Below are positions 25,221-32,177 of a stretch of DNA of 35,661 bases, one piece after another. Positions within the stretch are counted from its first letter, which is position 1. Every line of letters starts with the position of its first letter. Under the pieces are notes generated by a model that saw only the letters and a program-made list of their open reading frames with translations, was not told the DNA's origin and searched no databases. The stretch is from the IMG/VR virus record IMGVR_UViG_3300025835_000018, positions 1-35,661 of that record; one strand, 5' to 3'. Position numbers and translations under genes: made by a program. The DNA is from a virus (Duplodnaviria; Caudoviricetes).

Positions 25221-27743
25221 TCAGTCATTCTTGAAATCCTCAAGGCAAACAATGTCATCATTTAGAGTTAAATCAAAAACTTGAACCCATCCTCTAGATT
25301 TTGTTAAGACTGGGTGTTCCCCAGTTATATTTATTTTAACACCATTATCTAGCTCAATTAAATAATACTCTTTATCTTCAAATCTATCCATAACTTCAGT
25401 AATTGGCATCAATCTATTTTTATGAGTTAAAACCATGTCGCCAACTTTTAAATCTTTTATTTTTACCGCTCCGCTGCCAGTCATAATCAAAGAATCTTCA
25501 AGAACTGCGTTATGGTGAAGTGGTGGCTGATATCTCACAATGTCTGCTGATGTCACATCGTAAGTCGTACCCGCAAGCGTTTTGCAAATATCAGTCTTTG
25601 GATCACTGTTCACAAATGTGTAGGATGCAATCTGCTCTTGAACATCATCGGCCAAAAGATACTCGTTTCGAGCGTTGCCGATAACTGTGGCCGAGAGGTC
25701 AGCAGCGACTGTTTTCTTTGTCCCAGAGTTGATAGACTCTTCAGCAGCAGCTTTTAAATCTTCCCTTAAGACTGCAATGTCATTAGTCGAGGGCACACTT
25801 GAACCAAACTGAAAGGCAACAGTGTCGGCTACGTCCCTGGCCTCTTTCTCAGAGATTAGATTTGCTTGCGTTGCAATAATAAGCTGGACTCGTTTTGGGA
25901 GCTTTGAGAAATCATTGAACTTAAAAGATTCTATCTCAAACTCTTTTAAAATCTGGGGCTCATCTTCACTAAACTTTACGTTTTGAACTCCCACTTCACT
26001 CTCAACTAGCTCTAAAGAATCCCTTGCGGCACTTGTTAAGGCGCCACGAAGCTCTTTTCTGAATTGAGCAGTTCCGCCTATTTTCACATTGTCGATAGCT
26101 CTCATTTTCTGCTTATCGCTCAACGTCTTGTAATTCTTTAATAGATCAACTGTATACTTTTCAGCAATGTTCGTGAGATTGCGTCTTATGATATCAACAA
26201 TCACTGCCTCATGCTTTTCAATCAAGACCTTAGTATTGTTTGAGGGCTCTTTTAGTTCTTTGATCTCGATCTTTTTTGATTGATCACCATGCGTGTGCGC
26301 GGGCGTGTCCTTATCAACTTCAGTGCGACCTATGACCTCACCCTCATCATTCAAAATTTCATGATAATGAGACTGGCCTCTTTGAATCGAAGGGCCTGTG
26401 CCTTTGTGCCTGTGGCCTAGCTTCTCACTTAGTTGCGTGGGGTCAGATTGAGAATCGTTATCAGGATCAATATTATTATTATTGCCACCATTATTTGATG
26501 ATGCATCCGTTTCGCCCTCGTTTTCAAGCATCGTGCCCTCAGCTTTTTTAGGAAGACTGTAAAGGCGTCTAACGTGATCTTCCAGTTGCTCGTCTCGACT
26601 GATAACGCCAGCACCTGTGAAGCCCGTAATGACCTCCATCAATTCTTTGCCAGCGTTGTCAGTGATTCCACTTGTCATGATCTTTGGGATAGCCACTTCA
26701 TCAGGACCAAAGTTCAATGACACAAGCTGAGGGATAAGGTCCTTATTGATCGTGTCTTGAATGATGTTTGAATAGTAAGAAAGTCCAGCAAAGAAAAAAT
26801 CAGACAAATCAGCACTTAGAGCATAAGCCCCGGTGTTACCACCTGTTCCAAGCTCAAGAAATGAAGCAAGAATAGCTGAGACCATGTTCTCGTCTTCAGC
26901 TTTAATAACGTGTGTTAGCTTCTCAGGATCAAAAGTGTTTGAGTGAAGCTCTAATTTCCATCCCTCAGGGTACATAAGATAAGAATCTTCAGCAGAGGTA
27001 AAGTTCTTTAAAACTTCAACGGCTGTCTTATATTCTTCCTCTTCTGGTTTTATGTTTTTTGGAATCATGAGCATAGGTGTTGGAATAGCAAAACGCTCAA
27101 TACCGATGAACTGAAGCTCCATTGCTAACAATTTTCTTTTGTAAGGCCCATAGACGTTTCTTAAAAGTGGAAAGCCTATGTTATCGCCCTCTTGCTCACT
27201 GAAAAGACATAAAAGAAACTCTTTAGGAATCTCTACGTTAACCCTGATGTCAGTATTAGACTCTTGCTTAATTCTTAAGAGCTCGCCCGTGGTCTCATCA
27301 TGAATCCACTCAATGATTGTACTTTGCCTACGAAAGCCAAGCTGGCCTAAGCCAGTGTAGGGGCCAAACTCCTTGTCCGTTCTATTCATGTGGACAACTT
27401 CAAAGATCGCGTGCCCATGAGCAATGACAGTTAGAGCTTCGTTTAAGAACTTGCTCCAATTAATGTCGTGAAACAAAATGTGCTGAATAAGATTAGCAAT
27501 CTCTAAAGACTTCTTTTCATCATCATAGGGTTCAATAAACCACTTTGCAGACTTGATGGGATTGGCAATGGCACTTAAGATTTTTCTGACTTGAGTATCA
27601 GATCTACGCATTTTGTCGTAGACCGCAGCAGCCTGAAAGCCCGTTAAAATCTCAATGTGATCTTCAGTGTTGTGGATTTTTCCAACAACGTCAGTGCCCG
27701 ATGCACCAAGAGCCTTATCATGCCGCTTTACTATTTCACCCAA
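25221..27743 (-). CDS. Portal (Mu gp29-like) fused to MuF head morphogenesis domain and N-intein
   Basis: YDKMRRSD, GFPLLRNVY, IERFAIPTP, GAYALS, LIPQLVSLNF; then DPKTDIC...PPLHHN MuF motif. Confidence 0.92.
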   Translation of the reverse strand: MGEIVKRHDKALGASGTDVVGKIHNTEDHIEILTGFQAAAVYDKMRRSDTQVRKILSAIANPIKSAKWFIEPYDDEKKSLEIANLIQHILFHDINWSKFLNEALTVIAHGHAIFEVVHMNRTDKEFGPYTGLGQLGFRRQSTIIEWIHDETTGELLRIKQESNTDIRVNVEIPKEFLLCLFSEQEGDNIGFPLLRNVYGPYKRKLLAMELQFIGIERFAIPTPMLMIPKNIKPEEEEYKTAVEVLKNFTSAEDSYLMYPEGWKLELHSNTFDPEKLTHVIKAEDENMVSAILASFLELGTGGNTGAYALSADLSDFFFAGLSYYSNIIQDTINKDLIPQLVSLNFGPDEVAIPKIMTSGITDNAGKELMEVITGFTGAGVISRDEQLEDHVRRLYSLPKKAEGTMLENEGETDASSNNGGNNNNIDPDNDSQSDPTQLSEKLGHRHKGTGPSIQRGQSHYHEILNDEGEVIGRTEVDKDTPAHTHGDQSKKIEIKELKEPSNNTKVLIEKHEAVIVDIIRRNLTNIAEKYTVDLLKNYKTLSDKQKMRAIDNVKIGGTAQFRKELRGALTSAARDSLELVESEVGVQNVKFSEDEPQILKEFEIESFKFNDFSKLPKRVQLIIATQANLISEKEARDVADTVAFQFGSSVPSTNDIAVLREDLKAAAEESINSGTKKTVAADLSATVIGNARNEYLLADDVQEQIASYTFVNSDPKTDICKTLAGTTYDVTSADIVRYQPPLHHNAVLEDSLIMTGSGAVKIKDLKVGDMVLTHKNRLMPITEVMDRFEDKEYYLIELDNGVKINITGEHPVLTKSRGWVQVFDLTLNDDIVCLEDFKND
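25224..25508 (-). mobile_element. Split-intein N-half (95 aa, starts with Ala)
   Basis: AVLEDSLIMT (block A), IKDLKVGDMVLTH, ITGEHPVL (block B TxxH), GWVQVFDL; stop follows. Confidence 0.9.
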
Positions 27744-27767
27744 AGCTAAAATCCCTTTTCAATGATG

Positions 27768-29381
27768 CTAATATTCTCTTACTTTGATGCCCGATTTGCG
27801 ATCAGTCTTCTTTGCCCTTTTCACAAGCGGTTGACTTTTTTCTTTTTTGGTGAATGTTCCGTGTTTAACAATAACATAACGTCCATAATTCGCCAAAGCT
27901 AATGAGTCACTCTCGTCTGGACTCGACCTTCCAGTTCTTTTCTTGTAATCAACTTTAGATTCAATAACAGTGCGACCTTTCGAGTCAATGCGAAATTGAA
28001 TGCTCGGAAGCTCTTCAAAGTAAATTGACTCATCCTGCAAGTCTATTTTTTCCTTCAAATCACTTGCTAACAAATCAAACATCTTAGCCTTTAAGTTAAA
28101 GTACCTGGAGCGATCCTGGTCCTGCTCTTCTTTTGAAGCGTCCGAGTTGTTGGGACTTGCACCAAAGTTAACCTCGACTATTGTCACATTCTTGCCGATG
28201 CGCTTTTCCCTCTGCGCCTCAATCAAGTTGTCATAAACACCAGCGCCCATTCCCGTGGCATCAATGCACACAATCGTGTCTGATCTTTGATCCTCATTTA
28301 TTTTATTAATGACAGCCCCCGTCAGATACGTGAGCTCTCTTTTCATAAACTTCTGAGTGTCAACGTGTTTAAAGCCTCGAAGCTCTGTGATCACTGACTT
28401 GTCTGAGCCCATGCGAGCTACATCGACCCCAATAAGTCTTTGAGCCGTTAAGTCTAGGGGCACGTCTCTTGCCACAGCCTGGACCACGTCCTCGTATTGC
28501 ACCAAAACATTTTCATCATTGTCTGGGAACTCGCCAAAGACCTTAGACTTTACAAGCGGGTGGTCTTTGCCAAGCTTCATCACATAAGGCACAACAAACT
28601 GGGCTGTAAGAAGATAAGGCACAGGCTTTTGATATCCTTGAATTTTCTCTAAACGCTCTTCATCATTTAAGACCGAAAGGCGATCAATCTCATCCTGCAA
28701 AGACTCTTTGTTGGTGAGCCCGTTTGCGATCATGTTCGGCGAATCAAAGCAGCTGATCTTGATGTTTCTCCAAGAAGGATCCGAGAAACATTTAAAAAAC
28801 TCACAGTTTCTAGTCGTGGGGTTTGCAATGGCGACGAACTTCACCATCTTACCAGAGGTTAAAAGACCCTCTGCCATGACCCACACATCGTGACTAACAC
28901 CAGTGGCCTCATCAAAGAGAACAAGCACATGATCACTATGAAAGCCTTGAAAGCTTGAGCCCTGCTGCTCCTTTTGTCCAGTACCTGCTGTTGCCTTGGG
29001 ACTAAAGCCCATCATGTAGTGCTTATCATTAAGTTTAAGTTCTGTATCAAGGAGCCTGCCGCCTAACGGCACCGGTGCACTCTTGAAGGCGTCCCTGATT
29101 TCACCCCATAGAAGTGCTTTGACCTGTCTGTGAGTCGGGGCGGTTGTAATCACAATTGAATTAGGGAAAATGTTAAAGAACCAAAGAGCAGCCCTGGCCA
29201 TAAGCCAAGTCTTGCCGACTGAGTGCGTGGCCTTAATCGCTATGCGATCATATTGATTGATCTCTTGCAAGATATTGACCTGGTAATCTTCAAGAGCGGC
29301 GGCACCTAAGACCTTCCTGATCCATTCATCGGGATAGTCTCTATAAAGCGAGTAGAGATCAATCTCAGATTCAGTTAACAT
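27768..29381 (-). CDS. terL: Terminase large subunit
   Basis: ATHSVGKT Walker A, TAPT, VLFDEA Walker B, ANPT, GVDVAR and SPDESD nuclease motifs. Confidence 0.95.
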   Translation of the reverse strand: MLTESEIDLYSLYRDYPDEWIRKVLGAAALEDYQVNILQEINQYDRIAIKATHSVGKTWLMARAALWFFNIFPNSIVITTAPTHRQVKALLWGEIRDAFKSAPVPLGGRLLDTELKLNDKHYMMGFSPKATAGTGQKEQQGSSFQGFHSDHVLVLFDEATGVSHDVWVMAEGLLTSGKMVKFVAIANPTTRNCEFFKCFSDPSWRNIKISCFDSPNMIANGLTNKESLQDEIDRLSVLNDEERLEKIQGYQKPVPYLLTAQFVVPYVMKLGKDHPLVKSKVFGEFPDNDENVLVQYEDVVQAVARDVPLDLTAQRLIGVDVARMGSDKSVITELRGFKHVDTQKFMKRELTYLTGAVINKINEDQRSDTIVCIDATGMGAGVYDNLIEAQREKRIGKNVTIVEVNFGASPNNSDASKEEQDQDRSRYFNLKAKMFDLLASDLKEKIDLQDESIYFEELPSIQFRIDSKGRTVIESKVDYKKRTGRSSPDESDSLALANYGRYVIVKHGTFTKKEKSQPLVKRAKKTDRKSGIKVREY

Positions 29382-29805
29382 CTTTTAGTTTTCTTCTTCT
29401 AGCTTCAGTGCGATTGATTTCTTTTTGCCTGCGTCTTTTCTCATACTCTTCAGCAGCACCCTTGGCCCACTCTGCAAAGTTACCCACATGATGAGTCACA
29501 TCAACGTCCATTTTGTCTTGCCACTTGGCATAGTTTTTAAGACAAAAAATCAGCATAGTCCTGTCGCCATTCATTGCCATCTGCACAGCTTTCTCTTCAA
29601 GCTTTGTGGCGACTCGCTTCATCTTCGATTCATGGTACTGGCTGAAGGTCATGCCGTGGTCTTCTTTGAGCCTGCGGTCAATCGTGTTTGTTGAAATATT
29701 AAGATATTCCGCGGCGAATTCTTTGGTAGTAGACTTAAATTGACAAAGGGCATTGAACTTGTCGTAGTTCAACTCAATCGGGTCTGGACCAGTCTTCTTT
29801 GCCAC
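29371..29805 (-). CDS. terS: Terminase small subunit
   Basis: HTH (EFAAEYLNISTNTIDRR), AMNGDRTMLIFCLKN; directly upstream of terL. Confidence 0.85.
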   Translation of the reverse strand: MAKKTGPDPIELNYDKFNALCQFKSTTKEFAAEYLNISTNTIDRRLKEDHGMTFSQYHESKMKRVATKLEEKAVQMAMNGDRTMLIFCLKNYAKWQDKMDVDVTHHVGNFAEWAKGAAEEYEKRRRQKEINRTEARRRKLKDVN

Positions 29806-29814
29806 GGTGCACCC

Positions 29815-30870
29815 CTATTTTATTTGATTGAGCCACTGAAGCTCTATTTGTTTCGAAATTCTATTCATCATGTATGGGGGGACGGACATACCACATAGAT
29901 ATTGTGAGCCTGATTTTAAGTAATTAAAATCTTCTGGGAATGATTGGCATCTTGCGATCTCTTTATCAGAAATAAAGAAGTCTGAACCTGAATAAATATA
30001 TCTGGATCTAGTCGTTTGTGTATCAACAGGCTCATTCATAAATACCATTTTTTGACTCCATCCCGTTTTCTTATTGTGTTTTGCAATATTAAATTCAAAA
30101 ATTTCTTTTGTTTTATTTCTTAAACACCAAGCTCCGGCACCAATTAATGATTTGCAAACTCTAGGCCTAATAGTCGAATCATCTTCGCAAACTTGAGAAA
30201 ATGATATTGGTCTTTCATCAAACCCTAAAACAAGCTTAGGCAGTTTTAAACTTTTTTTCTTAGCTATAAAAAAAGTCCTCTCTCTTTTTTGAGGAACTCC
30301 CATAAAAGCAGCGTTTAAAAGAAATAACTGCAAGTCATAGCCAGCATGATTAAACATCTGAGCTATTTCTTTCACATAGCCTTTGGCTTTTCCCACCACA
30401 AGACCTTTAACATTTTCAGCCACGACAATTTTAGGCTGTAATGTTCTGGCTGTCTCAATAAAATGAAAAAACAAATCATCAAGAACTTGGACGGCCTGGC
30501 CTTCACGGAACTTTTTATTTTTTCCCCATGCTTTTTCTCTAGATCCTGCCATTGAAAAACTTGAACAAGGGGGAGAGCCATCAAGAATATCTAAATTAAA
30601 TAACTCTTCAGGTAATTTTTCCCGCGGGATTTTATTAAACTCTTGAACGCCCATTAAAAAACTATGTTTTGGATTATGATTTGTTTTATAAATTTTCATC
30701 ATTTCCGGATCTATTTCAACGCCGCCAAGGACTTCAAATCCTGAAAGCTTATAGCCCATTGTCGAACCACCACCACAGTGAAAACAAGAAAACACTTTGT
30801 AACCATTAGGTTCAATTTCTTTTAAATCTGTAAGATTCCATGGCCCTGTTTTATGAATTGTCTTTACCAC
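29815..30870 (-). CDS. C5-cytosine DNA methyltransferase
   Basis: FSCFHCGGG (motif I variant), GSPPCSSFS (IV), ENVKG (VI), PQKRER (VIII), RCQSFP, GMSVPP; probable GTG start at 30870. Confidence 0.92.
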   Translation of the reverse strand: MVKTIHKTGPWNLTDLKEIEPNGYKVFSCFHCGGGSTMGYKLSGFEVLGGVEIDPEMMKIYKTNHNPKHSFLMGVQEFNKIPREKLPEELFNLDILDGSPPCSSFSMAGSREKAWGKNKKFREGQAVQVLDDLFFHFIETARTLQPKIVVAENVKGLVVGKAKGYVKEIAQMFNHAGYDLQLFLLNAAFMGVPQKRERTFFIAKKKSLKLPKLVLGFDERPISFSQVCEDDSTIRPRVCKSLIGAGAWCLRNKTKEIFEFNIAKHNKKTGWSQKMVFMNEPVDTQTTRSRYIYSGSDFFISDKEIARCQSFPEDFNYLKSGSQYLCGMSVPPYMMNRISKQIELQWLNQIK

Positions 30871-31366
30871 TGTCGTCCCATTCAAAACCGCATTTAGGGC
30901 ACTGATGCTGAAAGTTATCAAATGAACCAACATCAAGCTCGCTGCTTGAATTTTGAAGCTCTTTTTCTTCAATGCTAAAATCATCAAGCCCCAATAGTTC
31001 AAAATCCATCTCACCAAGATCAAGATCCTTGATGCTCTGAATCATCATGTTATCATCATGACTCGCGAGCTCTGCGATCTTGTTATCAGCGATCATGTCT
31101 TGAAATTCTTGGGCTTCGTTTTCGTAGTCTTGAAAGTCAACTGCCGCTTGAGTCCACCCAAGGGCCTTGAGCGCCATCAGTCGGCCATGGCCTTTGACTA
31201 GGTAGCCTGATCGGTTAGATACCACCAAGGGCGAACGTTGACCCTGATGCTTGATGATCTTAGAGAGCATCGCGATTTGCTTATCGGGATGTTGATTAGC
31301 GTTTCTGGGGTTTTCAATAATATGATCAATGTCCACGAGCTTGTCGTAAGCGCACTTGAATTCCAT
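30851..31366 (-). CDS. ParB/Srx-like N-terminal domain protein with C-terminal CxxC
   Basis: NPRNANQH, KGHGRL, IADNKIAEL, CPKCGFEW. Confidence 0.88.
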   Translation of the reverse strand: MEFKCAYDKLVDIDHIIENPRNANQHPDKQIAMLSKIIKHQGQRSPLVVSNRSGYLVKGHGRLMALKALGWTQAAVDFQDYENEAQEFQDMIADNKIAELASHDDNMMIQSIKDLDLGEMDFELLGLDDFSIEEKELQNSSSELDVGSFDNFQHQCPKCGFEWDDSGKDNS

Positions 31367-31426
31367 GGCTGCCTTTTTCTGAAGATGCCAAAACAGTGTC
31401 ACATTAAGTTGAACATTTTTCAAACT

Positions 31427-31470
31427 AAAAAAGGCCTACAGCCTTCAACGAGAAAAAGAACTGTGGGCCT
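31427..31470 (-). terminator. Intrinsic terminator
   Basis: Minus strand AGGCCcACAG...CTGTaGGCCT running into a T-tract. Confidence 0.6.
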
Positions 31471-31494
31471 GAGAGTGCGTGCGATTGCATGATG

Positions 31495-31917
31495 CTATTC
31501 GGTGAGAAGACTGTTTTTCATTATCTCTTTTATCTGGGCGTTTTTTATGTTCTCTGCTGCCCAGCGTCTATAGTCTTCTGGGATTTCTGACAAGGGGAGT
31601 CCTTGATGTTTACCAAAGGGCATTGTCCACTCGGACTCATCTACTGTCATGGGTAGGTCACTAAATATTTGAACACTGGTTTCATAATCATAGAGCCTGT
31701 GCCTGATCCCACCTCCAGCGTTTTTATAAGTGTGCAGGACTTTTCTGCGATCATGATAATGCTCATCAATTAAATGGGATTTGAATCTCGAGAAGTCAGG
31801 ACCTTCAAAGGGCTCATTTATGCTCATGTCGACAATCCAACACATCGCTTTACCGGTGAAAGGATCTTTTGGAAGTTCCACTTTTCCTGATTTTATCTCA
31901 TGCCTTTTGTACTTCAT
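31495..31917 (-). CDS. Protein with C-terminal MPFGKH (QSregVF_b/DUF3820-like) domain
   Basis: MPFGKHQGLPLSEIPEDYRRWA; GGAGG RBS. Confidence 0.8.
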   Translation of the reverse strand: MKYKRHEIKSGKVELPKDPFTGKAMCWIVDMSINEPFEGPDFSRFKSHLIDEHYHDRRKVLHTYKNAGGGIRHRLYDYETSVQIFSDLPMTVDESEWTMPFGKHQGLPLSEIPEDYRRWAAENIKNAQIKEIMKNSLLTE

Positions 31918-31939
31918 AAAACTGCCTCCAAAATAGCCT

Positions 31940-32135
31940 TTTACCGATCAACCGATTACCAATCTCAAATAACTTAGTTCGTGAAAAAAATTTTTAATTT
32001 TTATTTATATATATTATATATATTTATTTATTTATAATAATAAAGAAAAGGTTGGTAGATTGGTAAAATAAACAAATCCTACTAGTGATTTCAACAACTT
32101 CCAATCTACCAATCTAATTATAAAACCCAATCTTA
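31940..32135. other. Candidate replication origin
   Basis: Non-coding; (A)CCAATCT-type 8-mers in both orientations around an almost pure A/T tract; directly downstream of primase-helicase. Confidence 0.65.
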
Positions 32136-32177
32136 GCTCGGTTTTTAAATAAGTGAGCTTACACATTATTCATCCCG

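Noticed and set aside
25137-25223. Stop-codon recoding or readthrough making a contiguous intein
   Set aside because: Would need to pass TGA and two TAG; both codons end other genes here, and IntC has its own RBS and ATG
25023-25508. Class 3 intein
   Set aside because: No Trp at B12, no Cys at F4, no Thr in block G
20824-27743. Transposable Mu-like phage
   Set aside because: Only the head/neck genes are Mu-like; no MuA/MuB, Mor or Gam seen
30871-31023. N-terminal 51 aa of the 402-aa methyltransferase ORF
   Set aside because: Overlaps the ParB-like gene out of frame and has no MTase character; GTG at 30870 is more plausible
30851-31366. Plasmid-prophage partition system
   Set aside because: No ParA or centromere-binding HTH; this ParB-like type normally accompanies MTases near terminase
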